NCBI GenBank assembly: GCA_043822925.1
Contig: JBDRBF010000008.1
Coordinates: forward strand, 1-64,000
Direction of reading: 5' to 3'
Source: a bacterium
GTDB taxonomy: Bacteria; Babelota; Babeliae; Babelales; RVW-14
Length of the DNA stretch: 64,000 nt
Part shown: one piece after another, positions 8,581 to 19,026 of the stretch
Position numbering within the stretch: the first letter of the stretch is position 1
How the letters are laid out: each line of letters opens with the position of its first letter
Translations under genes and position numbers: made by a program
The notes under the pieces: generated by a model
Told to the model about the DNA's origin: nothing
The model's input: the letters and a program-made list of their open reading frames with translations, nothing else
Databases searched by the model: none

Positions 8581-9630
8581 ATGAAGTTACGGTTATTGGG
8601 GATCGCCCCCAAATTATTTTTTTTATGCGCATTTTTTTTTCTTAACACAAAAACATACACAGCCGGCAGCATTGATGCAACAACAAATGTTAATTTTCAG
8701 AGCACATCATACACATTCGCAGACAGTGAATTTGCACGCGGTTTTGTTAGATTAGACCAAGGGCTTACAGCCAATGGCCTCTTAAATCTTAATGTCTTAT
8801 TTCCTGTCGCTGGAGCAATAAATATCGACGCAGCAGGCAAATTAGTACTCGATGGCGACCTGACACTTGCATCAAACGTAACTATTCCAAATGGTGGCGA
8901 AATAAACGGACAAAATCACACACTATTTTTACAAGGCGACCTGACGATACCCGCAAACAAAACACTCAAAATATCAGGCAATCTTACGATCGATGGCCAA
9001 GGACACAATCTTATTTTTGCAGATGAAGCTCTGTTAGTAATCGATGGCGCTGCTGCCACAAAGCTCACCATACGCAATACGAAACTTAAAGCACTAAAAA
9101 ACAATCCAATATCAGGCCCATCAATACAATTTGGAGATGCACTTAATCAAAAACTGGTACTTAACGACAGTGATATTCTTTTAGGTGGCGATTTTACTTT
9201 TGAATGGGGCGCTCTTGATATTGTAAATACAGTTAACTTTAAAGGCGACTTCTGGATTTTCGAGTATGCATCGACATATAATCTTACGATAAAGAAAAAT
9301 TCAAAACTCTTTATGGATATTGGTTTTTATTTTTTCTACAACCCTACAGATAACAAACAAACACATATTGCAATGCAGGATCTTACATCCCAATTATTCT
9401 TAAACGGCTGTGTCTTTTATACATCTGGACTAACGGGACTCAAACTAACCAAAGGACACTTGCTCATAGATCACAGTGTTATTTTTACAAATCTATCCCC
9501 AACGACAAAAGATAAAGGGCTTATTTTTGGCAATGGCAACGCAGCGTATGACCTTGAAATAGATATATTTCCCGGGGCAAGCATTGATGTCTCTACAGGT
9601 TTTTTAACATACAAAAATGCCAAAAACTAA
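8581..9630 (+). CDS. Secreted beta-rich repeat protein (putative beta-helix surface family)
   Basis: Signal peptide; repeated LxLxGDLT...I(N/D)GQxHxL units; C-terminal GLIFGNG motif shared with next gene. Confidence 0.8.
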   Translation: MKLRLLGIAPKLFFLCAFFFLNTKTYTAGSIDATTNVNFQSTSYTFADSEFARGFVRLDQGLTANGLLNLNVLFPVAGAINIDAAGKLVLDGDLTLASNVTIPNGGEINGQNHTLFLQGDLTIPANKTLKISGNLTIDGQGHNLIFADEALLVIDGAAATKLTIRNTKLKALKNNPISGPSIQFGDALNQKLVLNDSDILLGGDFTFEWGALDIVNTVNFKGDFWIFEYASTYNLTIKKNSKLFMDIGFYFFYNPTDNKQTHIAMQDLTSQLFLNGCVFYTSGLTGLKLTKGHLLIDHSVIFTNLSPTTKDKGLIFGNGNAAYDLEIDIFPGASIDVSTGFLTYKNAKN

Positions 9631-9658
9631 AAATTACTAATAAAGAGAAAGATAACAT

Positions 9659-11920
9659 ATGAACAAAAACGTAAATAAAAAAATAATAACTATTTTACTG
9701 TGCTTTTGTTTTCTCTCAACACACATGCACGGTTACTTATTTTTTGGAAGTAACGAATCAAAAATTGTCGTTAGAAACGATGGAACATTTACACTCGACA
9801 AGCCTCTCGATATACAAAACGGTACTATTTTTACAGAGAAAACCGGAAAAATAGCAGGAGAAAATATTCACTTTATTAATGGCACATACAATAATAACGG
9901 CTCTTCAGGTTTTTTTGGTGCAGGAACACTGAACCCGACCGTCGAAAAACCGGTCCCAACACCAACGCCGACTCCACCACAAGATCCAATAAATATCGAT
10001 GGTACTATTTTTTACCCCGTAAAATCAAACGAACCGGCCGTTCAAAACACCATACATCTGGCCGAACGAGACAATTTAATTGTCGGAGCAGGAGATTTTA
10101 GAAGCCAAGTCTTCGTAGAAAAATCTCTTACTGGTGACACCAGCTTACTTAACGGCCAACCACTCTTTCACACTAATAATAGAATAGATCTTGAAGACGA
10201 TGTAACTGGGCTTATCATGTCTATCCAAACAGCATTTAACACCGATCTTTATTTTAATGGTGGCTCTATTATTTTGCAGGACAATTTAAACTTAGGCGAC
10301 AACGCAAAATTTCATGGCCCCGGACAAATTGTACTGAACAATAGAACGCTCTCTCTAGGTGGCGCTAGTAATACCTGGGAAGGCATTTTCTTATGGAACA
10401 GCGCTCTGGATATACAACTTGATAGTTTTACCCGCGTTAAGGGCACCTGGGCATTTATTGGCGACGGACAAATTAATGGTAACGGAAACGTTCTTGATAT
10501 CTCAGAAGGGGGCCGGATCCTAATCCTAGGCAACGCAAAACTAAATTTAACCAGCGTCAAGCTCAAGGGCTTAGGGACAGGCTCTATTCAGATGGACAAA
10601 GAATCACAAATAAGACTTTCAGACACCGAAATAGAAATGGACTTAGAACGCACAGATTCTTCACCAAATCCTGTGTACACAATAAATTCTGGTGGCATAT
10701 ACGTCGAAGGACCAACAAATATAATAACAAAAAATAATATTTTACAATTCTCTGAAACAGCTTCTTTAACGGTTGACCGTGTCGCCCTTACCTATGACCC
10801 ACTAGAAACAGTCGACCAATTTAATATCAGACCGCTCAGAATTCAAGATCCAAACCATAAATTTGTTACCATAATTCATAACGGATCAATCAGACGAATA
10901 CGGCAAGAATCTATATCGTTTGTCGATTACAGCTCAGATTCTGCACTTCAACGCTATGCCGTTTTATTTCCCGATAGACCAATGCGCGTATTTCCTGAAA
11001 CAATTAACGGACAAATAAATAAAACGATTCGCGTTAACGGTAACACCCAGTTCTTAGGTTTTACTCAAGCGGACGAGCCATTATTATTTGTCTCAGATGA
11101 TATACATGTAACATATGAAAATATTTTATTTCGCGACTTTTCTCCAAAACATCTTTCTTTAGGTAACGAAAAATCAGAACTTATTTTTGGAGACAAAACA
11201 ACCGTACGTTTTGCACAAGACGAAGATTTAAATTATACACTCACCTTTCAGGGCAATACGGCACTTAAAGGCGGCGGAGCTATTTTGACACTCGGGCCAA
11301 AAGGCAAAATCGTTGTTCAACCAAATATAACAACACAATCTTTGATTACAGGAGAAACAGGCTCTACGCTTACCCTTGATGGCTTGATAATTAAAAATGT
11401 CTCAGGAGAAAAAATACAATGCACAGATGACAACTGTAAAATTGTTCTCAAGAATATCGAATGGTACCAAGATGACAATTTTTATTTTAAAAAAGGCAGC
11501 CTTGATATTTTAACAACCTGTAACATGTATAGCTGGACGCTCTCTGGAGACTGTGAATTCGAATACATGTCAGATCAGCCATGCACTATTTTACCAAATG
11601 CTACACTCAGTATTTTACGCAACATGGTATTTCACTATGCCCCACCAAGTAAACGAAGCGACCTACTGGTCATGACAAACGAAACATCGACGTTTTATAT
11701 CGAATACTCTTCGCTATCAGCACCATATGGGTTAACACTCATCAATGGTCGCTTGATATTAAGCCAACGAAACTTCTTATATAACGATGATGCAACGTCA
11801 ATATCTCAAGGGATTATATTTGGCAATGGAGAAATAGCACATAACTTAACTATCGAACGCTCTGGTGGAGCGACGCTTGAATTACAATCGGGCTTCCAAC
11901 AAACGCTTAACGTCTTCTAA
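9659..11920 (+). CDS. Secreted beta-rich repeat protein, same family (753 aa)
   Basis: Signal peptide; PVPTPTPTPP linker; GQPLF...LQDNLNLGD...GPG...LSLGG and INGNGNVLDIS motifs shared with 19027-22938 and 23091-26891; C-terminal GIIFGNG. Confidence 0.8.
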   Translation: MNKNVNKKIITILLCFCFLSTHMHGYLFFGSNESKIVVRNDGTFTLDKPLDIQNGTIFTEKTGKIAGENIHFINGTYNNNGSSGFFGAGTLNPTVEKPVPTPTPTPPQDPINIDGTIFYPVKSNEPAVQNTIHLAERDNLIVGAGDFRSQVFVEKSLTGDTSLLNGQPLFHTNNRIDLEDDVTGLIMSIQTAFNTDLYFNGGSIILQDNLNLGDNAKFHGPGQIVLNNRTLSLGGASNTWEGIFLWNSALDIQLDSFTRVKGTWAFIGDGQINGNGNVLDISEGGRILILGNAKLNLTSVKLKGLGTGSIQMDKESQIRLSDTEIEMDLERTDSSPNPVYTINSGGIYVEGPTNIITKNNILQFSETASLTVDRVALTYDPLETVDQFNIRPLRIQDPNHKFVTIIHNGSIRRIRQESISFVDYSSDSALQRYAVLFPDRPMRVFPETINGQINKTIRVNGNTQFLGFTQADEPLLFVSDDIHVTYENILFRDFSPKHLSLGNEKSELIFGDKTTVRFAQDEDLNYTLTFQGNTALKGGGAILTLGPKGKIVVQPNITTQSLITGETGSTLTLDGLIIKNVSGEKIQCTDDNCKIVLKNIEWYQDDNFYFKKGSLDILTTCNMYSWTLSGDCEFEYMSDQPCTILPNATLSILRNMVFHYAPPSKRSDLLVMTNETSTFYIEYSSLSAPYGLTLINGRLILSQRNFLYNDDATSISQGIIFGNGEIAHNLTIERSGGATLELQSGFQQTLNVF

Positions 11921-11924
11921 AAAT

Positions 11925-12977
11925 CTAGTTTTTAAAACAAGCAGGAGGCGTTAACAAATGCCTCTTGTTTGTTTTAAAAACTATTTTACTATTTGCCGAT
12001 GACTTACTGGATAAATCAATATTTTGACTGAGCTCTTGCCACCATAAAGAAACACTTATATTTTTTGCAAAAGAAACAAATTCTTTCATTTCAATTTCAA
12101 CATATGCTTGAAATTCGTTTGGCGTAAAAAAATCGTTTAAAAAATCTTTCGTAACTACTTTTTGTGACGCATTTTTGCGCATTTGAGATCTTCCCAATCT
12201 TAAATCTCCAGCAATATCTCTCAATGCTTTATTACCAGAAACCTGGGATTTATTGCGCCCAAACACAACAAGCAAATTCTCACTCAATGCCTGTTTTTTT
12301 GCCTCAAAAACATCTGTAAGCTTACTATACACCCCATCAAAAGAAATTTTATTATCGTTGCAAATCTTATTCATAGCACCTTGCAATTTTGGCTCAAAAT
12401 TACAAGCACAAACAATAGGATCGATATATTTTCTCTTAAAAGACGAGAGTAATCGTTCTAAACTTTTTCCAACACCTGATCGACTTACCACCGTCTTATT
12501 ATTTAATTTAACGTCTCGATCTAATTGGCCACTAAATGCTTTAATTATAACGTCATATGCTCGCTTGCAATGAGCAGGAAGTTGAGCTTCTTGGCAGACA
12601 TGTGTTCCTAAATACGTATGCCCAAGTTCAGAACAAAGACACTCGACATCTTTAACCTCAACAATATCTTTTTCATCTTTTTGTTCTTTTTTTGGCGTTT
12701 TTACGCCGCGTGTTAATTCTTCTTCAAAAATATATGAACGTACAAGTTCCCGACACACATACTCAAGATCTTGATCCATACGACACTCTTGGCCTTCGCC
12801 TATCGACTCGTAGCTTCCCCCTACGCCCAGGTGGCTTTGAAGGACAGGTCGAAGGGCAGGCAAGTCAACATCTTGAATCGACATCTCTATATCTTGCGCA
12901 TCTGTATTATCTGTGTACGCAAAATGTGCGAGACACACAAAGCCTAAAAACAAATATATTTTCATGCAAAATTTCAT
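11925..12977 (-). CDS. Secreted hypothetical protein
   Basis: 350-aa ORF with signal peptide, helical, several Cys; no family recognised. Confidence 0.75.
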   Translation of the reverse strand: MKFCMKIYLFLGFVCLAHFAYTDNTDAQDIEMSIQDVDLPALRPVLQSHLGVGGSYESIGEGQECRMDQDLEYVCRELVRSYIFEEELTRGVKTPKKEQKDEKDIVEVKDVECLCSELGHTYLGTHVCQEAQLPAHCKRAYDVIIKAFSGQLDRDVKLNNKTVVSRSGVGKSLERLLSSFKRKYIDPIVCACNFEPKLQGAMNKICNDNKISFDGVYSKLTDVFEAKKQALSENLLVVFGRNKSQVSGNKALRDIAGDLRLGRSQMRKNASQKVVTKDFLNDFFTPNEFQAYVEIEMKEFVSFAKNISVSLWWQELSQNIDLSSKSSANSKIVFKTNKRHLLTPPACFKN

Positions 12978-13010
12978 AGCGCACTCTCTTTCTCTCTTAA
13001 ATTTAAAACT

Positions 13011-15263
13011 CTAAAATTTACAGTTAAGACCAACAATAAAGCCATATGCAACTTCGCTACCCAAACTCTCATACTTGCTCAAATTCATATCATCTAAGCG
13101 TCTGGTTAGCTCATTGGGCTGGCCATCAAGATCTTTATATAATTGACCAGGAATGAATACGGCTGCTTTAGTATAAAAATCACATTCGTTAATAATACGA
13201 TAATGCATTCTCACGTCTATTTCGGTACCGAGCATATGGCTTGCATCTTGCGAACCAACCCAGCCTTTATTAAGCAGTTTATCAGCATCTGTACCAGTAT
13301 ACGTACGCGGCACACCGGGAAAACCAAGCTTGGCTCTTTGGACTGAAAGATATTCTTCTGACTTGTCATCTAACCGAAGATTTTTATCCCATTTTTTAAG
13401 CTGCGCATCTTCCCAGAAAAACATAAGATCGGTTGTGAGTGACATTTTATCGTGATCTTTTAATGGGAACCAAGTACCGGCAAATCCAATAAATTCTAAG
13501 TTACTCAAATCTTTTAAATTATTAAACGCGTATAACGTTCTGTTACAAATATTAACCGGACGCGGGACAACTTGGCGATCAAAAAACAAAATACTCTGTA
13601 CTGCATGGCCTTTATAACGAGAACGCATTGGAATAAAACCTTTATAATCTCTACTCGTTTCTTCGTTATATGGGTAATTGTCTCCTGAAATATGCCCGAG
13701 AGCTCCTGCGACTTTAAATGGGTACTTTGTGAACTGGTAACTTACGTCAGCAACGGCCATAAAGCCTTTATATTCTAACTTATATCCTGAACGAAACCGT
13801 TGATTACCAAAATAATCTGCGTTATAAATAGTTTCAGGGTTACCCCCTTTGGACCCCTGGCCTCCCTCTATTTTCTTACCTTGACGATCAAGAGACCGGT
13901 CTCCGTCCTGATTTACTATGTAATCAAGATAAATCGTTGGATCATATTTATCAACAGGCTCACTCGCCCCATTCTTAATACTTGCAGGAACAGCATCAGT
14001 ATTTGAACCAACCGTCATCCGATTTTTTTGATAGACAACGTGACTAAAAACTTCAGAGACCGCGCCATCTTGAGTTCTTGTCAGCTGTTTTACATTACGG
14101 TCAATAGCATGAACATCCTGATGACCAGCCTGCCCCGCAACTTCAAAATTCACATTCCAATTATTATACGTGTAATCAACCATGCAACCGAGTGTGTTTA
14201 AATAAGAACTAGCATCACCGGTCATCTCAATAGTTTGCTCAGGCATGCGTGTATAAATATAATATGGCTCACAATACACACTTTCTTTTGGCGTATATTT
14301 TAATTTTACCGCAAACGAATCACTATCTTTATTACGTCCGCGTTGTGGCCGCGTGCCATTATCAAGTAAGTGTCTATAAACTGGCGCAGCAGTATCAATA
14401 ATGCTCGCATTTAGTTCATGCCATTTCATATAGTACAAATCAAACGTCAAATCTTTATATAATTGCGTACTAAATAAAATGCCAGGAGGCGCAAAGCGAA
14501 AACGCTGAAACCCCGCATCCCCTTCCCATCCAAGATACTCAACAGCCAAGTCGTCATGATATCCCATAGAGATACCGCGACCAGCTATATACTTAAAAAA
14601 ACCAAGCTGAACAAATGTAGGCCCACCCGTTAAAAATTTTTTAGTTAACGTATCGATATTTATTTTGAACCAGGCTTGAGATGCGTATAATAACGGTATT
14701 AACGGCTTTACTTTAACATCTTTTGCAATTATCGTATCGAGCTCTGGGGAATTAATAGCTGAAACACTAAAAGGCGCATATACCCCATTATTTTGCCAGT
14801 ACACATAATTTGTTAACTGAACAAATCCTTCCATGGCTGGCTTGCCATATTTTTTTGTTCCCTGCTCTATCCCAAGATTTATATCAAGACGATGTCTAAA
14901 GTACTCAACTTGATCGTAAAAATCATCACGCAACGTGTGTACACGGTCATAATAAAATAAATCTTCCCGAAATTTGCCACCCAAACACATAGTGGCATCA
15001 TAACCCTTGAGAAATACGTTACTTTGTATCGTAACATTATTGCCCTGAACTCTTACTATGCCTGTTTGAGCTTTTTCTTTTTTATACTCAGATTCTTGAG
15101 CTTCAGCTGCTTGATCTATTTCGTCAGGTTCTTGGCTTAAATCTTCAGACTCTTGAATCTCGTCTGTATCTTCTTGCTGGTCAATCTCAGAATCAGTCTG
15201 CGCATACACGCAAGCACTCGATAATACAAATATCAAAAAAAGTTTTTTTAACACGCTCTTCAT
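13011..15263 (-). CDS. Putative outer-membrane beta-barrel protein (alginate-export/porin-like)
   Basis: Start MKSVLKK at 15263; signal peptide; acidic N-tail; aromatic amphipathic strands (NVNFEVAGQAG, LGTEIDVRMHY, AVFIPG); ends GLNCKF with terminal Phe. Confidence 0.7.
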   Translation of the reverse strand: MKSVLKKLFLIFVLSSACVYAQTDSEIDQQEDTDEIQESEDLSQEPDEIDQAAEAQESEYKKEKAQTGIVRVQGNNVTIQSNVFLKGYDATMCLGGKFREDLFYYDRVHTLRDDFYDQVEYFRHRLDINLGIEQGTKKYGKPAMEGFVQLTNYVYWQNNGVYAPFSVSAINSPELDTIIAKDVKVKPLIPLLYASQAWFKINIDTLTKKFLTGGPTFVQLGFFKYIAGRGISMGYHDDLAVEYLGWEGDAGFQRFRFAPPGILFSTQLYKDLTFDLYYMKWHELNASIIDTAAPVYRHLLDNGTRPQRGRNKDSDSFAVKLKYTPKESVYCEPYYIYTRMPEQTIEMTGDASSYLNTLGCMVDYTYNNWNVNFEVAGQAGHQDVHAIDRNVKQLTRTQDGAVSEVFSHVVYQKNRMTVGSNTDAVPASIKNGASEPVDKYDPTIYLDYIVNQDGDRSLDRQGKKIEGGQGSKGGNPETIYNADYFGNQRFRSGYKLEYKGFMAVADVSYQFTKYPFKVAGALGHISGDNYPYNEETSRDYKGFIPMRSRYKGHAVQSILFFDRQVVPRPVNICNRTLYAFNNLKDLSNLEFIGFAGTWFPLKDHDKMSLTTDLMFFWEDAQLKKWDKNLRLDDKSEEYLSVQRAKLGFPGVPRTYTGTDADKLLNKGWVGSQDASHMLGTEIDVRMHYRIINECDFYTKAAVFIPGQLYKDLDGQPNELTRRLDDMNLSKYESLGSEVAYGFIVGLNCKF

Positions 15264-15308
15264 TGTACCCCTTATGCGTTTATAAGATGAGCTCAAATAT
15301 CAAATAAT

Positions 15309-17090
15309 TTATTCTAAAGACGCGCCCTGAGGTTCAAAAATCATAGGCTGCACTGAAACTTCTGGCACCTCTGGTGATACTAAATCTTCTTGAATATCAG
15401 ATTGCTCAGAAACAACAGGCTCAAGAACTTCTTGCGTAATAACAGGCTCAGTAACTTTCGATAATTTCTTATCTACTTTTACGCGTTGCTCAGGCGTTAA
15501 AATTTGTTTATAAATCTTCTGCCACTGCTCTGCTGTCAATATTTTTTCTATCACATATTGCTGAATAAGAGCTCGTGAAATATCGGGAAGTTTTTTTTCT
15601 GATATTTTTTGCTCAGGCAATTTTTCTGTTTTAGATTCAAGATCTTGAGCAGGAACTTCTTGAGCAGGAACTTCTGGCACGACAGGTTCTGGCACGACAG
15701 GTTCTGGCACAACAGGTTCTGGCACAACAAGCTCTTGAACAGGAGCTACCGGCTCTTTACGCACCTGTTCTCGCTGCGCCTCTTGCGCTATTTTTAAATC
15801 TTTTTCACTTGGCTTGGCCTGATTACGTGCAAGTACTTTTTTAGTTTGCGTATTAATACCAGACAATAAATAATAACTAATTGTTTTAAAAGCATCTTGC
15901 GTACGAATATCACGCCTATGCAATGTAAGCGTCCAGCGATCAATATCAGAAGCTACAGAAAGTGTAACAAACGCATCATAATAAAATTCAAGTGCTTTTT
16001 GGAACACATACGTAGGACAAGATAAAATGTTCCAGGCAACAGAATCCAAATCAGGAGCTAAATATCGCAAGCCTTCCATTTTCTGGAACGAGACACGTTT
16101 TTTCTCTCCCCGAATAATTGCCCGGATCCGTACCGGACTTTGCACATCTTCGCTATCAACAACTTCTGGAATAATATATGAAGAAAAGGCTTCGCCTTTT
16201 GCCATCAAAAATTTTGCAAAATTATGTTCACGCAACATAATACTTTGCCTACGCCCGAGATGAGATATTCTCACAAAATCTGTTTCAGATCCAGGCACAG
16301 AAAGATACAGAGCCAATGGGAGTGTATTAAAAAATTTATTAACCTCTTTTTCCAACGGGAGTGTTTGCTCAGACAGATCAACAGCACGAATTTGCAATTC
16401 ACGCTTGAGCGTATGTTCTTGCCAATAATTTTTAGATTCATGATTACCGCGCAAGTAAATAAATTTGTCTTTATTTGCTTCCAGCAGTCTCATAGCAATA
16501 GCCATTGTTTCCATAGAGTAACAAGAACGGCTCACAACGTTACCCATAAAAACAATATAATAATCAGGCTTTATAATTTTTAACGTATCATCGATAATCC
16601 CCAGATTTTTTAATTCACCCAGATCACGCACGAGTGAATGGAACGCTGAGTACAAATTACCAAAAACAACTAGCTTACTATTTTCTGTCGTTATAATTTT
16701 TGTAATCACATCGCCTGAAATTTTATCACGCTCGTTGCCGAGATTAATAACAAGCGTCTTAAAAAAACTCGGCGAAAACGCTGGTTCTTTAACCAGAGAG
16801 ATAAGTGACAATAACTTGTAAAATTTATCTTTAATTTTAGAAAAAAACGTTGGAACATATTGTTGATAAAACGTATCAAACACAGGACGCAACGTATTAT
16901 CAGTATCAATCTTCACCGTCTCTAGTTTTTGCTGAGCATACGCCTGAATTTCAGGCAAGGTCCTAAAACCAGTTTTATATACAGGACTTGGAGCTAACAA
17001 AAGATATACAAAAAAAACACCTATAACGATACCGGCACCAAGCCACACATTTTTGAAAGTATACGTAATAGCTGTCTTTTTTGCTCTCAT
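15309..17090 (-). CDS. Membrane-anchored calcineurin-like/PPP phosphatase homolog with degenerate metal motifs and Pro/Glu-rich tail
   Basis: N-terminal TM helix; VVFGNLYSA, VFMGNVVSRS, LRGNHE at PPP motif spacing; C-terminal PEPVV repeats; start 17090 (ATG) or 17105 (GTG). Confidence 0.7.
   Translation of the reverse strand: MRAKKTAITYTFKNVWLGAGIVIGVFFVYLLLAPSPVYKTGFRTLPEIQAYAQQKLETVKIDTDNTLRPVFDTFYQQYVPTFFSKIKDKFYKLLSLISLVKEPAFSPSFFKTLVINLGNERDKISGDVITKIITTENSKLVVFGNLYSAFHSLVRDLGELKNLGIIDDTLKIIKPDYYIVFMGNVVSRSCYSMETMAIAMRLLEANKDKFIYLRGNHESKNYWQEHTLKRELQIRAVDLSEQTLPLEKEVNKFFNTLPLALYLSVPGSETDFVRISHLGRRQSIMLREHNFAKFLMAKGEAFSSYIIPEVVDSEDVQSPVRIRAIIRGEKKRVSFQKMEGLRYLAPDLDSVAWNILSCPTYVFQKALEFYYDAFVTLSVASDIDRWTLTLHRRDIRTQDAFKTISYYLLSGINTQTKKVLARNQAKPSEKDLKIAQEAQREQVRKEPVAPVQELVVPEPVVPEPVVPEPVVPEVPAQEVPAQDLESKTEKLPEQKISEKKLPDISRALIQQYVIEKILTAEQWQKIYKQILTPEQRVKVDKKLSKVTEPVITQEVLEPVVSEQSDIQEDLVSPEVPEVSVQPMIFEPQGASLE
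15643..15729. repeat. 15-bp in-frame tandem repeats encoding (VVPEP)n and (VPAQE)2
   Basis: TTCTGGCAC(G/A)ACAGG x3-4 plus TCTTGAGCAGGAACT x2. Confidence 0.85.
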
Positions 17091-17122
17091 TACCTCTTTC
17101 CCCACAAAAAAATAATTTTTTT

Positions 17123-17162
17123 ATAATCTGGCAAACAAGCTATTACCCGCTTGCCAGATTAT
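17123..17162. terminator. Intergenic hairpin / possible terminator
   Basis: ATAATCTGGCAA ... TTGCCAGATTAT 12-bp inverted repeat with AT-rich flanks. Confidence 0.5.
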
Positions 17163-17169
17163 TTTTTTT

Positions 17170-19008
17170 TTAGAACGAATAATTCATGTTAATATGTGCA
17201 CCAAGGGTCTTAGACATATTGCGACCAGCAAAAACATAGTCTATTCCAGCTCGCAAACGTGAAGATTTATCATATTGATAACTATATTCTGCCCCAATTT
17301 TGTGAGCTACGGCCTGTGAACAAAGTCTATATGGATCAATATTCCATTCTTCGGTTTTAAAACCTGAAAACGTATCATGAGCTTTAACATATAAATCATA
17401 AAAGACGTCTAAGAATGCACGGCGATAAACAAATTTTTCAATCATGTTACCCATACGCGCATTAAATTCTATGCCCTTGCGCATATTAACTGACAATATA
17501 TTGTCGCCAATTTCTTTAAATGGTGCTTCTTCTGCGTCACCCAGTTCGACACCACGTTTTTGAGTTACACGATCACCAAACGTAACGCCTAATAGCTCGC
17601 TTCCAGCATTAACCTCTAATGTCATCTTTTTAGGCACACGTCTATTTACATGCGCATCAGCAAACCCCGTAGCCTGGACAAACATATGTGGATTAAGATA
17701 CTTACTCTTATGCAAACAAATGCCACTAAATAAAGCAATACCCAAGAAACCACCATTGCCAAGTTCAGGAGCCCATAATTTATCACTTGCTCGTTTAGAT
17801 GCTGATGGAATTATAATTTTTGCACCAGCAATCATGCTTTCAAAACGAGAAGATTCAAAATTAATATGGGAATATAACTCAACATCACCAAAGCCACTAC
17901 TGCTACCACCAAATTCGTTCATGCCTTTGGCTCTGAAAACATCTTTAACAAAATTCTCAAAAGAACCATATTGCAATATCATCTGCATAAAACCATCGCT
18001 CTTGCGCTCATCAATGGTTAATGCAGGTTCTTCAGTACTTATCGTATGTTTTTGATATACAAACGGTATCCGTACACCACAAACAATATTGCGTTTCCAT
18101 AAATAACGCGATAAATCAAAATTTATGATGCAATCTTCTGCCTGACCCAAGAAATTAACCTTTTTATAGGCCAAATCTGTTAAATAATTAAAATCTAAAC
18201 CATTTTTAGGCTCAAATTTACCCTCTTTAATCAATTTACTTACAAGCAATAAATCTTTTAATAAAATCGTATTTTCACCAAACGCAAGTCTCGTTAAATC
18301 ACCACTGCCGCCACTATTGCCGTACGCATCAGTTGCATATTTATATTCAAAGCCGACATTAAGCAAATGCTTGAACGGCACATATGTCGCCGGTGTATCC
18401 CACGCTGGTTGTTTATACAAATCAGAATACATACCTGATTCATAATCATGTGCTACTTCTGCACTGTGCGATTCGGTCCAGCGTGTCACAAGTTTTTCGT
18501 TTTCATGGCGCATTACCAATGTTTGTTTTCTCTTGGCTGCTTCTTTCTTTTTGGCCATCTTTAAAACCATGTCATATTCATGCCGACGGCTATCTCTACG
18601 CGCCTGTCTGCGCTCTGCTCGCTCCTGCTTGCGAACTTGCTTATTCAAGCGAGCTTGCTCTTTCTTGGATTGACGAGTATTTTTCTTTTCTTGAGCTTCT
18701 TTCTTTTTCTCTTTTTTATCTTTTTTAACTTTTTCTGGTTCTATCTGTTCTATTTGTTCTGGATCAGCTAATACTGATTCTATTTGCTCAGGCTCAACTT
18801 GATCTGGCGCAGCTTGTTCTTGCGCTTCTTGTTCTATTTGTTCTAATTCAACAATATCTTGCTCCAGCACTTCTTGCTCCAGTTGCTCATACTCTGCCTG
18901 ATCTTGTTCTATTTGTTCTGGTTCATCAAAATCTGGCTCAGCTGAAGCAATAACAGTGCCACTAGCCAGCAGCATAACAAAAATAAATTTTCCAAATAAT
19001 TTGTTCAT
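17170..19008 (-). CDS. Putative outer-membrane beta-barrel protein with charged N-terminal extension
   Basis: Signal peptide; EQIEQ acidic repeats then K/R-rich helix; barrel-like part with GFGDVELY...GAKIIIPS...LGNGG; ends HINMNYSF. Confidence 0.65.
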   Translation of the reverse strand: MNKLFGKFIFVMLLASGTVIASAEPDFDEPEQIEQDQAEYEQLEQEVLEQDIVELEQIEQEAQEQAAPDQVEPEQIESVLADPEQIEQIEPEKVKKDKKEKKKEAQEKKNTRQSKKEQARLNKQVRKQERAERRQARRDSRRHEYDMVLKMAKKKEAAKRKQTLVMRHENEKLVTRWTESHSAEVAHDYESGMYSDLYKQPAWDTPATYVPFKHLLNVGFEYKYATDAYGNSGGSGDLTRLAFGENTILLKDLLLVSKLIKEGKFEPKNGLDFNYLTDLAYKKVNFLGQAEDCIINFDLSRYLWKRNIVCGVRIPFVYQKHTISTEEPALTIDERKSDGFMQMILQYGSFENFVKDVFRAKGMNEFGGSSSGFGDVELYSHINFESSRFESMIAGAKIIIPSASKRASDKLWAPELGNGGFLGIALFSGICLHKSKYLNPHMFVQATGFADAHVNRRVPKKMTLEVNAGSELLGVTFGDRVTQKRGVELGDAEEAPFKEIGDNILSVNMRKGIEFNARMGNMIEKFVYRRAFLDVFYDLYVKAHDTFSGFKTEEWNIDPYRLCSQAVAHKIGAEYSYQYDKSSRLRAGIDYVFAGRNMSKTLGAHINMNYSF

Positions 19009-19026
19009 ACCAAACTTTCTCCCTTT

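Noticed and set aside
8463-8672. 69-aa minus ORF containing CHPELVSGS
   Set aside because: That peptide is just the translation of the REP-like palindrome; the ORF overlaps two real genes
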